Shown here piece by piece: positions 46,301-59,308 of a stretch of 64,000 nt of DNA (position 1 is the stretch's first letter; every line of letters starts with the position of its first letter). Both the position numbers and the translations under genes were made by a program. The notes under the pieces were generated by a model. The model did not search any database, was not told the DNA's origin, and saw only the letters and a list, made by a program, of their open reading frames with translations. The DNA is taken from contig NW_003314334.1 in NCBI RefSeq assembly GCF_000143415.4, positions 451,614 to 515,613 on the forward strand, in the 5' to 3' direction. Source of the stretch: Selaginella moellendorffii. Taxonomy: Eukaryota > Plantae > Lycopodiophyta.

Positions 46301-48000
46301 AGATTATTATTTCCAACATGCATCAAAGTAGGGTCTCTTGATTGCATAATGTGAACACAGGCAATGAGTCACATCTCGTTGTGAATCATCTCTCCAAGAA
46401 GAGAAGATGATTTATGTGTTTGATCCTTCGTCCCTAACAATTCTCTGAGAGAGCATTACTTAAACTAATAAACTTATCCCTATAGTCTTGATTGATCCAC
46501 TCATAATCATGTCTAGGAAGGATCCACTAGTCCCGTGCTAAATAGTTACGGACCAGCCTATTTGCCACTCATAGCAAACCTAGGGAAAGTTTACTTTCAC
46601 CTACAGTACATGGAACAGCTCATAGAACCAGTGATAGGCTAACATTAATCCTGCCAACTCAAAGTGTAACCTTGAGTTGCTAATCTGCCTCACTCACGAG
46701 CCTAAGCAAAAACTCGTGCAAAATGGTACACCTCAAATCCCACTTCTTAGCCCAAGAGTAAGCTTACATTATTACAGTACAAAAAAGGTAACCAAATCCA
46801 TATCCAAGGAACTAATGCAAAGTCTTAGCACCCAAACTTGTACCCACTCAGATCATTGTTTTCATCTCTGCATATGCAATAAAACTAGTTGCCCAATCTC
46901 ATTAGATAGTACTCGCTGAGACGTATCCTTTAATACCGCACGTGGTTTTTACCCTTTATCCTATGGTGATTTACCATAGGATAACCACGAAGCAGAACCT
47001 AAACCCTCCATGTGCCATGTGTCATATGCCACGTCTCCAAAGGATAGTGGTGTGGAACCCGAGTTTCAAGGCTTTGGGCCATTGAATGCAGGAACAGTGC
47101 CAAACTCCCAAGCATGGAGCCAAGGAGCAATGGCACTAGAGCACGGAATGACTCCCAAGCATACAGCCCAAGGAGCAAAGGGACAAAAGCACGGAGTGAC
47201 TTGGAACAGTCCTAGAGTATCCAGCATCCCAATGCCAAGAACAGCATACAAAATGGAACCAAACGGAGTTTGGCGCTATTTCAACATACTGGTGGCTTAA
47301 TGCAAGGATATTCCATCAGCTAGCATGGAATGAAACTTAGGCTTAGACCCAAGCCAAACATAGAACAAGGATAAGCATGCAAGCGAGAATTAGACTAATT
47401 CTTAAGTTAGTCAACCATGCCCGACCTACCCACTATCCTTACTTTACATTTGGAACCCTCCACAAGCCAAGAACACACGCTTTGGGCTTTCACCTTTAGC
47501 CTCCTTAGTACTAGGAGTTAGTTTCTAGGACTAATTCAAAACTTACTAAATATGAAATGGTGTTAGATTGTGAATTTGGACACAAGACGAACACCATTGT
47601 GTTTAGGATAATTTTTACATTCTGTAAATATGCTAAATTAGCAAATCTAGACACTTTCCATAAATAGCAATTAGGACCAAAATAAGACTAACACAAAGGG
47701 CATAATAGCGAAGGTGTTTAGCAGACACTGTAAGCTATCATCTTCTGAGTATTGAGGGACTAAACTCAATATCACAGGGGTTCTCAACACTAGCAAGTGC
47801 AAGTCAACATCATAAGTTCCTCATCACCGTGTCAAATATGCTTGACTAAATGACAACTTAGGTGATGACTAGTTTCTCAACTAGTTTAGGTGGAGATTGA
47901 TAACAGGTCCTACAATACCGTGCCGTTGTGGTAGTAAAGAAAGAATATTTGAAAGGATAGTCAATAAGTAACTTTTGATACCCGAAATCACATTTGCAAC
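40326..48000 (-). mobile_element. Old degenerate LTR element (LARD-like); LTRs about 40326-42109 and 46941-48000
   Basis: Long diverged direct repeats. On the minus strand, PPT agggggggagag precedes TGTCGCG at 42109 and a decayed Met-type PBS lies near 46930-46938. The 4.8-kb interior is almost free of ORFs and has a strong A/C skew. Confidence 0.75.
41006..41956 (-). mobile_element. TRIM nested in the LTR; LTRs 41006-41167 and 41810-41956
   Basis: TGTAGCGC..GCGCTACA termini, TSD CATGT (41001-41005 / 41957-41961), minus-strand PBS tggtatcggagc, PPT agagggggtgag, internal tandem repeats at about 41180-41530. Confidence 0.9.
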
Positions 48001-48159
48001 TCTTGGAAAGCTATACCTTAACAACAACATTTAGGGGCAGCTTGTCAAATTGTTGTTTATTGTCATTTGTTGTACTAGAGTTATCTCTGGAATACATGAA
48101 CTAAAGCCCTAGTAGTTGTGCTATGGTTGATTGTGTTGGAACTTGTATAATTTATTGCT

Positions 48160-48720
48160 GCCTGGATGTTTGGGGGATACATAGGCAGGCCTACATGCTA
48201 TTGTCTCTTGATTTGGGTGTTCTAGTAGTTCTTGATCTTGTTATTGATGCTCCCATGGGCAGACAATTGTAGAGCCAAAAAATGAGAAACATAAGTAAGC
48301 ATGATATAAATTTCTTGATGAGGCAAAGCACAAGAAAGACAAACAAAAAACCTTGAACGCACTTCAATAGCAAGTTAAGATTTTACAACATGGTGAAACA
48401 CAAATTTCAAGCTAGAGAAGTGTATACCAACATGACTAAGAATGGGAAGAGAAAGCAGAAGAGTATGCCTCAAGATTTTGCAGTGTTTACTTGGGTAGCC
48501 ATTTGAGCCACTTGTTGTTAAGCTTAGCATGGAGCTCAATGATAAGGCGCTCTTCTTCAGGAGTGAAGGCACCATTCTTCAGATTGGGCTGTACATGATT
48601 ATTCATCATGCTTTTATCCAATTCTTGCTTTTGCAGACTCTCCAAATCCATTTGTTATATGTGCATTGCCAATTCGGCATCTTCTATGTGCAAGAGCCTC
48701 GTTCAATTGCAACTAGAAAG
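48160..48720 (-). pseudogene. GAMYB-like R2R3-MYB pseudogene
   Basis: NHVQPNLKNGAFTPEEERLIIELHAKLNNKW, intron, then NNKIKNY*NTQIKRQ*HVGLPMYPP (GAMYB Box1 RQRAGLPLYPP). Stops and frameshifts. Confidence 0.8.
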
Positions 48721-49650
48721 CCAAGTCTGAATTAGAGATTATTGCCATCACCCTATTTTATGAGCTTTGGGTTTTAAGGTTTTTGCTGTTTATTTTTTTT
48801 AGGGTAAGTTTGGTTGTAGATGATGCATCTTAATGACTACCTTCCCCTCAAACATTATGGGGCATTCTTCTTTCTTGCTTTTGCTCCTGTTCTTGTTCTT
48901 ATTCAACTGCTGATGCTACTGCAGGGCTAAATCTTTCACCTGCTACATCCACACATGGATGTGGCAGTGAGGCACTCAGCAGGTATGTGTCAATAAACAT
49001 GGATCAATTGATTGATTAACTGACTGTCTGTCTCAACCAGTTTAGGATAGCAAAGGTAGGGTTTTGTGGCAAGGACTTCTAGTCATGACAACAAGCTAAG
49101 ATTTAAGCTAGCACCTGCTTCAATCCAAGTTTGGTTCTTTTGGGGTCTTTTTTGTTTTAAAGTCTAGTGATTGGGTATTGCTAGGTTGTTGCTCTAAACA
49201 TCCACTTCATAGAGTTCAGATTGAAAGCTCATGCCTCATCTCTACTATTGTTGTTGCTATCATCTAGTTTAGCTTGAAGGCTCTTACCCCATCTATTGTT
49301 ACTGTTGTTGTCATCTTAATTTAATATAAACAATTTTGTTCACTAAGAAAGTCATTTAAAAATTAACTTGGCTGATAGAAGGGCTTTGTGGACGTGAAAC
49401 TTATCTAGTTCTAGACATTGATCTACACGTAGGTGTGCCCATGACCTCGTTTGCTTCTTCCCCAGGAACACAAAAGCTTTAAAAGTCGAAGGGTCATTTC
49501 GCTTTCCTCCCGGATTGCAAGATCAACACGCAGCCCCGCTTGGGACTTATATAAACTCATTAATTAAATTCGACGCCATGAAATATAAACCCTAAGAAAG
49601 CTCGTTTGAATAGATTGCCGCCCTTATACTTTTGTGAGAGAGAGCTAGCT

Positions 49651-50328
49651 ATGGCGGGCGGATCGAAATCGCAGCGCCGCAAGAAGAAGGTGCGATCCGG
49701 CGATGCGTCGTTGGCGCCACATCCTGGCACTATTCGCGAGGTATCTCAGCTGGATTTGTGATATTTCGAGAATGCCATGGCCGATCTCTCCCAAATCTCT
49801 AGAGTTCACCTCCGACGGCTCGAAATCCCGGTGCTCCAGCGTCGACAGTGGCTGCTGCTCCAGCCAGCGATCAGGTATCGGCACGATTTTCAAGCGATCT
49901 TCCCTGGCGCTCATCGAGAATGATCTCTATAGGTTCCTCCTAGCGTCGCGGCATCTGCTGCTCGAACCGGCAATCAGGTATTGCTAAGATTTTTCTCGAA
50001 ATTTCTCCTCCTCGACCATGGATTTATCTTCTGGTTCATCGTAGGTGCCGGCGTCGATCAATATCGTCGATCAGGTACCATCGCAACCCAGAAAACTCTT
50101 CGCGTAACCCCATTCTCCAGATATCTCGACTCGCCATCGCCCCCGATCCGGCGATTTCCCGCACAGATTCGCCAGTTGGAGATGGAGCTGGAGAAACGAA
50201 CGCTGGCCGCCGTGGGGAGGCTCCAGGAGTATGACATCGCTGCGAAGAGGATGGGAAGAGCCGAGCAATCGGATGCGATTCGCAAGAGACTTTGGGAGAA
50301 AGTCCAAGCCCGCGAGAATGGGCGCTAG
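49651..50328 (+). CDS. Paralog of the micro-exon orphan gene (exons 49651-49740, 49803-49874, 49933-49977, 50045-50074, 50167-50328; 132 aa)
   Basis: Same internal exon sizes (72/45/30 nt). N-terminal RRKKK. The last exon is in frame only from the acceptor at 50166. Confidence 0.6.
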
Positions 50329-50399
50329 TCCGGTACCACTGTACGGCATGATCCTCTTTACCCGATGTACGGTATGACCCGGTCTTCGTCTATTTTGAA

Positions 50400-51160
50400 A
50401 TGGAGCATTGCATGGGAGAGCTTCTCAGTGGATGCGGCGCCCATAGCTCCGACTGCTCCTACGTGCTTGTGATCCTCAACTATCGCCTGCCATCGCTGGC
50501 GGCATTGCTGTGGCAGAGAGGTTTGATCCAAATCTTTCGCGGATGGCGCGTCGCATTGTTTTCCCTTGTTTCTTGCAGCTAGATTGCGAATGTGCGCCGA
50601 TGGAGGAGCTAATCGGCTCTACAACGAGCTGCCGGTGCTTCTGGGACAGGAGGAATCGATCGTGAGAGAGGTAAGATTAATAATTGTTAGAGGTAAGAGA
50701 TTTTCCCTTGTGTAGGTTCATACCGGATGCGATCATTGGGGATTTGGACTCCATTCTCCCGCAAGTGAGGCAGTTCTACGAATCAGGAGTCTGGTTTCGT
50801 TCGTTTGATTTCTGGAAAGTTTGTTTCTTCTCAGGGCACTGCTGTTCTAGACAAATCTCACGACCAAGACACGATAGATCTTCTCAAGTGCATCTCTTTC
50901 GTCGCCGAGAAATCCAATGTAAGAACTGTTTAGCCGTTTTTCTTCGTTGTTTGGCTTCTTCTTTACTATCGCGTGTGTGTTCTTCGTAACAGATGAAGAT
51001 CTTGGTGGTGGGGCGTTGGGTGGAAGATTTGACCACAACATCAACGTACTCTTTTCCTTCAGGAGCTTCCGGATCATGGTCTATTTTCTTCCTAGAGACG
51101 TTCTTCACACCATCCACGTCTCGCCCGAGCTTGAAGGGCCAAATCCTCTCGGCAAGACTC
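50400..51160 (+). pseudogene. Thiamine pyrophosphokinase pseudogene (copy B)
   Basis: YVLVILNYRLP, MCADGGANRLY, FIPDAIIGDLDSI, SHDQDT, GRFDHNIN. Frameshifts and truncation. Confidence 0.85.
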
Positions 51161-51364
51161 AAATTCGTAAAGTACTTCCACCATTCCTCTCGATAAAATC
51201 ACTGTTTCCTCGCTTACTTTCACTTTCACTATCACTTTCTTTTGTTCTCACAGTGATTTCAAAGCAAGCATTAGGGGATCATTCGCTCCGTCAAGGCAAG
51301 CCTTCGTGGCGCTCGATTTTGGTGTTAGCTACCATGCCAGAGCTTCTTCGCGCTCCGTTTTAAA

Positions 51365-51660
51365 GGATTAACTTTGACATCATTTAGCATGTCATGTTGA
51401 ATCTTTTGTCACTTCGTGCAGCAACAAAAACTATCGTGGATAAATGGGTATGCTTTGAAAGTTTGATTAAAGCTGGGTTTCTTTCCCTTTCTGCACTGTT
51501 CCAGAAAGCACGCGTTACGAGGAATTACGACTCGCCTGTGAAGCAAGTTAGCACTGGGGAAAGCTGAGAACTTGCAAGCCGAGAGATTCAGTGTGGAGGG
51601 ACGTGGTCTCGTAAGAACTGTGTGAGTAAAGGCCTCTTCGCCTGTAACTCTGGAGACCTG
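51365..51660 (+). pseudogene. IWS1 3' fragment with internal deletions
   Basis: Matches pieces of 20280-21060 (gacatcatttagcatgtcatg; cagtgtggagggacgtggtctcgtaagaactgtgtga). Confidence 0.85.
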
Positions 51661-51746
51661 CAAAGGCAAGTTAAGGAACTCGAAGCCCGAGAGAGCTGCT
51701 TTCTGTGTAAAGATAAACTGGTTTCAAATAATTTGATCAACCTCAG

Positions 51747-53069
51747 TTACTGGTAAAAGGTCATCTCCTTGCTGGATTTCTTCACGTTGGCTTTATACCC
51801 TTTCTCGAAGTCCTTGGCAAGAACTATGTATCGGTTCCTACGCACTGCTTGCATCCCAGCTTCCTGACAAACTGCTGATATCTGGAAAGCACAAGTTCGT
51901 GGGTTTTTTCTTGTCAAAAGTCCTAATGAGCGCTTACTTCGGCAGCCGTGATCTTGTCTGGCCTCGAAATGAAGTCCTCGAAATCAACTTCATCGCTGAG
52001 GTTCATCTTGGACGTGCAAACCTGGAAAATGAGTCGCTTCTCTTGCCGATCTGGATAGGGGAACTCGATCTTCCTGTCGAGTCTTCCAGGCCTCAGTAGA
52101 GCGGGGTCCAAAGTATCAGCACGGTTTGTAGCCATGATAACCTTCACGTTGAGACATTGATCGAATCCATCCAACTGCAGGAGAACGCTTTGAGCAAAGG
52201 TTTTTAGAAAATGGAAAGGAAAGAAAAACCTGGGTAAGAAGCTCCATTAAAATTCTCTGCACTTCCCTGTCTGCGCCAGTTTGAGAATCAAAGCGAGCAG
52301 TGGCGATGGCATCTACTTCATCGATAAAGATGATCGCTGGCGCATTTGCTTTGGCAAGGTTGAAAACATCGCGCATCATCCGTGGACCCTGCACAACGTT
52401 TCGACACGAACGTTCTCCTGTTGAGAGCTTACAAAAAAAGAGTAGAAAGAACTCACCTCTCCAAGGTATTTTTGCACGAACTCTGATGCCACAACCCGGA
52501 TGAAAGCAGCCGAGGTGTGATGTGCCACAGCCTTGACGAGCATGGTTTTTCCAGTTCCCGGAGCACCATACAACAAAACTCCCTTGGGTGGATCGACTCC
52601 GAGCTGCCTGTAGAGCTCAGGGTGCGTCAGCGGAAGCTCCACAGCTTCTCGAATCTCTTGCTTCTGTAACTCTAAGCCCCCAATTTCCTGCAAAACCAAA
52701 GAAAAGTTTTAGCAAATCTGGTAAAGTTTCTAGAAAAGAAAAATGATAAGCTTGAATGGAAGAAAACTAGATCAAAGGTGGTGTAAAGTTTGTCTGCAAA
52801 AGAGAAGGAAAACAAAAGGAACTTCGTACCGCATATGTGACCTCCGGTCTGAGAGAATCCATGAGAATCGACACCGAAGAGTCCACCTCCAATGGAAGAA
52901 CATCCATGAGAGCCAATGAGTGCCTGTTTACACCAACCGAGCTCCCTGGCTTGAGAAGCTCTCTGTTCACAGTGCTCTGGATCCTAACATACCGAGGTGT
53001 ATACTCCCACAAGACAATCGCGTGGTCCCCATCGATCACCTCCACCAAGTGGCCTATGCATAGTGGCAT
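51747..53069 (-). pseudogene. RPT3 copy 3: N-terminal coiled coil lost, remainder (about 333 codons from MPLCIG) uninterrupted
   Basis: Exons splice in frame to MTFYQ*. Upstream of 53069 there is a frameshifting deletion and an AT-rich insertion. Confidence 0.75.
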
Positions 53070-56000
53070 GGACTAGGATCTGGCAGCGTGTGAATCTCAT
53101 CTCCTGCACTCTGATGAATTTAGCCACAAGTTAACTTAACTGTCCGATTATCCACAAATTAGCTCAAAGTATTTAATTTAGTCCTAAATCAAATAATAAA
53201 ATTAACATATTAATATATTATTTTATCTAAATTAATTAATTTGGTGCTAAATTAAATAACTTGAGCCAACTTCTAGTCGATGTAATAAATTTGGTCATAA
53301 TTTATATACTTGTAAACAACTCATTTGATTTTGATAAGTTTATTATATTTTTTAATTAATATGTTCACTCAAATTATTTAATTTACCCCAATTAATTTAT
53401 TTTGCCCTAATTTGAAAAATATATTCTAAATGAAGTAAGAGCAAATTTATAATATTGAAAAATTCATGATATGAGGGCAACTGTACGGCTACGATGCCGT
53501 ATACTAATATTAACGTAATGGGATTTTGGTAGCTGTTGGATTGGTTTTAATCCGGACCACTCATTCTTATATATAAGCTAGGGTTTTTGGGTTAATTGAT
53601 AATTCCATGCACTCACATTGGTGGAGGTGAGAGGCAACTTTGATTGTTCATGAAAAGGGTTTGGATTTGGGATTTTGGTTTAGATCTAGCTTCTATATCT
53701 TCTAGATTTAATTTTTTCCATTTCCTTTCTTTTGTTCTTCCCTTTCAGATTTTTGTTTAGATCTAGCTTTTTGCATTGTTTAAATCTACCATTTCCTTTT
53801 AACTTTTTGTCATTTCTTTTCTTTTGCTCTTTCTTTTTTGTTTATCTTCATGGCGAATCAGCAATCTCCTCCTTTGACGCTAGAGTAGCAGTTGGTCCAA
53901 TTGCTTGATGGTATGCGCTTGCAATTGAACAACCAAACTTAATTGATGGTAGCATTCACGGCATGTGGTCTAACTCCTCCTACTCTTGGTGCCAATCCTT
54001 GTGTTCGTCCAGAGTTCTTTCATGGGAATCTTGGGGATAATGTGTACCATTGGTTCGATCACTTCACGGTGATTGCCACATATCATTTTTGGGATGATGC
54101 TCGACATTTATGTGAGTTTCCCACGTGTTTCCAAGGGATGGCATTGTAGTGGTACAATGGATTGAGTGTAACCACTCGTGGGGATTAAAGTGTTCTTTCA
54201 GACGTTTTCAAATGTGCCTTCGGACATGCAGACGATTGTGATAATGCCTTTCAACAATTGCATCGTCTTCGCCAAGGGCCATCTGAGTCGATGATGCAAT
54301 TTGGCGTTCATTTCTGAAGTCTTTTACTTTGTGCGGAGCCCAATATGTCGGAGCGGATCAAGCTAGAAATGTTGTGGCCAGCACTTTGTCAAGATCTTGT
54401 TAGACTTGTGCATGCACTTGCTCCTGCCACTCTTGACGATGCTCTTCGCTTGGCACAACGTTATGAGACATCGCTTCTTCCACTTCTCACTGCACGTCCT
54501 TTAGCTCTACTTCCTATGAGTGATGGTCCTATTCCAATGGAGGTTGATGCTGCTGCTACTCGAGTCCAAGGACAAGGGCGAGGACGTGGTCATGGCCATG
54601 ATGTTCGTTGCTGGGCATATGATGAAGTTGGTCATACTTATCGGCGTTGTCGGTGCTTTCTAGATTGGTGACCTCCATTTTCTGTGTGGAGACCTTGGCG
54701 TCAACAACGTCCCGTTGGTGCTGCTGCAGTGGAAGGTTTGGACACCACGGTACATCTGGGAAACAAGGAGTTGCGCAAGTGATGGAGGGACCTTGCGAGA
54801 ATAAATTAGTGACCCCTCCATCTTTCTTTCGGGAGTATCATCAAGGGGTTCACTTAGCACCAGTTCATCTAGTGTTTACTTTCCAAGCTCATTTTTATAA
54901 GAGGTCTTCTATTATTCTCTCCATGTTAGTTGATATAGGTTCGAGTTTATCTTCTATTGCTCGACCTGTTGCCACATGTTGTGGTCTACACTTGCATCAT
55001 GTGGCGGACCCAATTTTTATTCTTTATGGCAACAGCCGTACACATGTATATGCACGACATGAGGTGGATCTAGTTGTGCATGTGGGCAATCTTGAGCTTG
55101 ACATTGCGGGTGGTGCCGAGTCAAGCTTTTAACCTCATTCTTGGTATGGATTGGTTGCAGTGCAATCATGCCAAATGTGACTTTAACGCTTCTCCCCCTT
55201 GTCTCATACTTCCTTATGTTTCATCCATTCCTTTCACTTCTGTACCTCTTCGGCCCTTTACCTCTACCTTTGCTTCCATTACTTTTGTTCCCCCACTATT
55301 TTCTCCTGTGTTTCCATCTTGTTCTGCTCTTCCTTTTTCCGATCCCTCCAACAATCTTTGTGTTGTAGCTGTTGACCAGCTCACGAAAGAGTATTCTGAT
55401 CTTTTTGAATTTGACTTATCGTTTGGGGCCAACATTGCCACATGTTATCCCATTCCAACTGGGGATGCTCATCCGATCAAGGTTCCGATTCATCGTAGGT
55501 TACCCAAGGAGATTAAGATTTTATGTGCAAATGTCAAGGAGATGTTAGAGAAGGGTGTTATTCGGAAGTCGCAGAGTCCTTGGGCATGTAAACCTCATCT
55601 TGTGACGAAGTCTAATGGGAGTATTCGTTTTTGCATTGATTATCGTCCATTAAATGAAGTGACAATCCCGAATGTGTACCCTCTTCTTCACACTACGGAT
55701 CTCTTGGATCGTCTAAGGCGAAGTGGTTGGTTCACCAAGCTAGATCTTGCTTCTGGGTACTGGCAAGTACTGATGGCCGAAGAAGATATTCCTAAGACTT
55801 CTTTTCATATACCGTTTGGTTTGTACGAGTTTTTGGTGATGCCGTTTGGTTTGAACAATGCTCCAGCAACTTTCCAGTGGATGATGGATGAAGTTCTTTG
55901 TGATATGCCAAAAGTGACTGCTGACTTCATTGATGATGTCTTGATTCACTCGGAGGGGACGTGGGAGGAGCACATTCGTGATGTGTGTAAAGTATTGGAT

Positions 56001-57958
56001 CAGTTACGGGATGTTAGTTTAAACCTGAAGCGGTCAAAGTGCGTGTTTGGGTCCAAGGACACAACTTATCTTAGGTACTGTATTTCTCGTAAGGGTTTGC
56101 AAGTTGATCCTGACAAATTTGCAATCGTTCTAAAGTTCCCTACTCCGAAGTGTGTGAATGATGTGCAGCGCTTCTTAGGCAAGGTGCAGTATCTCGGTTG
56201 TTTTGTGGATCATCTTTCTGATTGCACTGCACCATTGCAAGCGTTGCTGAAATCATCAACGTCATCTTTCATCTGGTCTTCAGATTTTGAGCAGGCGTTT
56301 GTGGATCTCAAAGTGTTGTCCGGTTTTGGCATATCCTAACTACACTTGACCTTTTATTTTGCCCGTAGATGCTTCTGATATTGGTCTTGGAAGTGTGTTA
56401 ATGCAAGAAAGCCCAAGTGTGCCTGGTTAGCATCATCCCATTGCATATATAAGCCATACGTTACAACCAGTAGAAGTGAACTACTCCACGACAAATAAGG
56501 AGTGTTTAGCGGCAGTTTGGGGTTTCGAGAAACTTCATGCATATCTACATTGTTCTTGGACGTTACTTGAAGGTGACCATGCTGCCGTTACTTCATTACT
56601 GAAGCGGAAGAACATGGTTGGTCGTACGGCTCAGTGGGCTTTGAAGCTTCAAATATATGATTTTGATGTTGCTCATCACCCAGAGAGTTCTATGGTCGAT
56701 GCTGATGCCCTTTCTCGAGCTCCTCTTCCTTCTCCACTCTCTTCTCATGTTTCTAATGAGCCTATTATTCCAGCATCTGTGGATTTTCTAGGTGAGGATT
56801 CTGTGCCGTCGGCGGTTGCTGTACTTGACGTTCAGTGTCCACAAGACGCAGAGCAAGATCTACATTCTCTTGATGAGGTTCGCAAGGCTCAAAAGATTGA
56901 GCCATGGATTCGAACGCTTCGAGATGCATTTGAGGATCTTGCATCACCTGCTGATGACTTGCCTTTCCAGCATTTACATTCTCAATATCACTTTGAAGAT
57001 GGCCTTCTTTATTTTGTGGGGACAGATCCTAATGATCATTTACGACTAATGGTGCCTTCTGTCTTTATTCCGCGGTTTCTCCATGCTTACCATGATTCTC
57101 CTGTTCTAGGTGGGCATATGGGACATCGTCGTGTGACCGAGAACCTACGCAAGTCTTTTTATTGGCCGGAGAGGCGACGTGATGTTATCTGGTATGTGCA
57201 TAGCTGCGTTTGGTGCCAAGCTCGTAATACTCCCCCTTGTGCTGCGGAAGGATGGTTGGAGTCAATTGCAGTTTCCCGTCCGTTTGAGTTGGTGGCATTT
57301 GATCTTATGGGACCTTTTCCACGGTCGACTGCTGGAGAAGGGAGAAAAAAAAGACAAGCTCGAGGATTCAAGCTTAGGAAAGTAAACTTGAGAGGTTCAA
57401 GGTTAGGACTGTATTCCTAACCTTGACGTGAGCAGTAGAGACTATAAAAGTAGGACTTAGAATGTTTTTAGACTGATCCCTAATACAAAATACATTGCAA
57501 TACATCGTCATTCTGCCTATCTCTTGGCTCTTCACAGCAATGTCTTACTTACCCATCGCCTTCAAGGGATCAAAGGCGTGGGACTAGCACCTTCAAGCAC
57601 TTGTTCACAGTCCCAACTTGGCTTGGCACAAGCAGGTAAGTGCATTCTTCTTGTAGTGTAGTTTTAGATTTAGGGACTAGATAAGATTTGAAGCTCCTAG
57701 GAAAATCTCGTGTGGACGTTTCCTCCCAGTCCAGAGATTCCAGGAGTTTTCACTGGCGACCACGGTGGGATAGAGCAGATCAAGACGATCATTTTCCCCA
57801 AAACTTCAAGGAAAACGGACCAAAGACGCTCAAGAAAATGGCATAGGAAGAAAAAGCCCCAAAAATCAAGAAAAACAAGACCGTAAAACAAAAACGGTGG
57901 AAGAGCATGAAGGAATGAAGAAAAAAAATGGAGCGTAAGACCAAAAGATGAAGAACAC

Positions 57959-58435
57959 TTGAAGATTGAAGCCACCCAAGTCGTGGAAAACTTGGAGCGT
58001 ACGCGTAACTGTTTTTGGCGAGAGGTTGAAGAAAGCGAATATTCCAAGAATCTGCGAGAAGGAAACGACCAAGGGAAAATTCTAGCGGCTGGAGATGGAG
58101 GAAGAATGAAAAAGCACGACTGCCCATTTGGAGACACAAGCTGTACAAGATACGAAGACTGCCTTTTGTGTGGTTTCAGAAATTGTGCAAAACCGTACAA
58201 GGAATGCTATCCAAAATGGCGATGTGACACTTGCAAGCAAGCAAAAGCTAGACTCCGAATCAAGGATGAAAATGCCACAGCGGGGAAGAGAAGAAAACGA
58301 GAAGAAATAGCCCAAGAAAACGACACTAAAAAGAGAGACGATAGTTTAGAACAAGCAGCGAAACAAAGCTTTAGTTGCTTACAAAAACTTCAAGAAACGA
58401 TTCTGCGACTCTTCTACAAATTGTCTAGCAAATAG
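57959..58435 (+). CDS. Element ORF1: Cys-rich putative zinc-binding protein (start uncertain)
   Basis: C-x6-C-x5-C-x2-C repeated twice, followed by the basic motif GKRRKR. Confidence 0.5.
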   Translation: MKIEATQVVENLERTRNCFWREVEESEYSKNLREGNDQGKILAAGDGGRMKKHDCPFGDTSCTRYEDCLLCGFRNCAKPYKECYPKWRCDTCKQAKARLRIKDENATAGKRRKREEIAQENDTKKRDDSLEQAAKQSFSCLQKLQETILRLFYKLSSK

Positions 58436-58456
58436 AAAGGATGCAAAAATGAGGAA

Positions 58457-59308
58457 ATGTTGAAAGAAAAATATGTTTACTTCGATTTCTTTGCAACTCG
58501 AAGAATCCTGACTTGGGTGTATCGCAGACACCTCTTTCAACAAACAATTGTCGAATTCCTAGGCATACACAAACATGAAACGTTTCAACCATTAACGCTT
58601 GCTTTCAACACTGATTTGACGAGAGTCATAGCAGCAACAGAGTGTGGTACCTTTGAACCACAAGTTCGTTGGTTTGTGGACACTCTTAGATTTAGAGATT
58701 TCGAAGAGAACGCGGAATTACTTTACCGACTTCTTCAAAGTCCTCTTCGCGTAACGCTACCAACAAGCACTCTTATCGAACTATATACTATAGCATATTG
58801 GCACCGTTTAGGACGGACGAGAATAGCTGGAGAATTAAGAAATCAAGGACAAGACCATCAACAAAATCGAATTCGGAATTCGAGATTAAGAAACCGACAG
58901 GACCCTGAACTTGAGTCAAGTTCAAGGGAACGACTTGGAAACTCGAGGATAACAAGTCGAAGGAGGAGAAATTTAAGACAGGATCACAATAGGCCAAGAT
59001 TAAATACAGTACCAAACTTCAACTTTGACACTGAGGTCCAACGTCGAAACCCCAGCTTAGAGCGACATATCACTCGCAACCAACAAGGAAGAGTGCGTCC
59101 AAGCAGTCTCAACATTTTAAGGAGTATTTTAGGAGATCCTGCATCAAGGATTCAAACTTATAATGCAAGAGTATTAATTGAGACTATCCCTTGGGAAGTT
59201 CGTGAAGCGATCGACTCTGATCGTGAAAGAGAACGTGCTATACGATTGAGGGCAGTAGAACGCTACCGACAAGAACAGCATCAGGGAAATGCACCATCAC
59301 GAAATTAA
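58457..59308 (+). CDS. Element ORF2: unknown 283-aa protein
   Basis: ATG-initiated long ORF with a globular-looking N-half and an Arg/Asn-rich C-half. Confidence 0.55.
   Translation: MLKEKYVYFDFFATRRILTWVYRRHLFQQTIVEFLGIHKHETFQPLTLAFNTDLTRVIAATECGTFEPQVRWFVDTLRFRDFEENAELLYRLLQSPLRVTLPTSTLIELYTIAYWHRLGRTRIAGELRNQGQDHQQNRIRNSRLRNRQDPELESSSRERLGNSRITSRRRRNLRQDHNRPRLNTVPNFNFDTEVQRRNPSLERHITRNQQGRVRPSSLNILRSILGDPASRIQTYNARVLIETIPWEVREAIDSDRERERAIRLRAVERYRQEQHQGNAPSRN

Noticed and set aside
17222-48720. Gibberellin signalling cluster (GID1-like plus GAMYB)
   Set aside because: About 30 kb apart, the hydrolase is CXE-type rather than GID1 (His retained), and GAMYB is a pseudogene.
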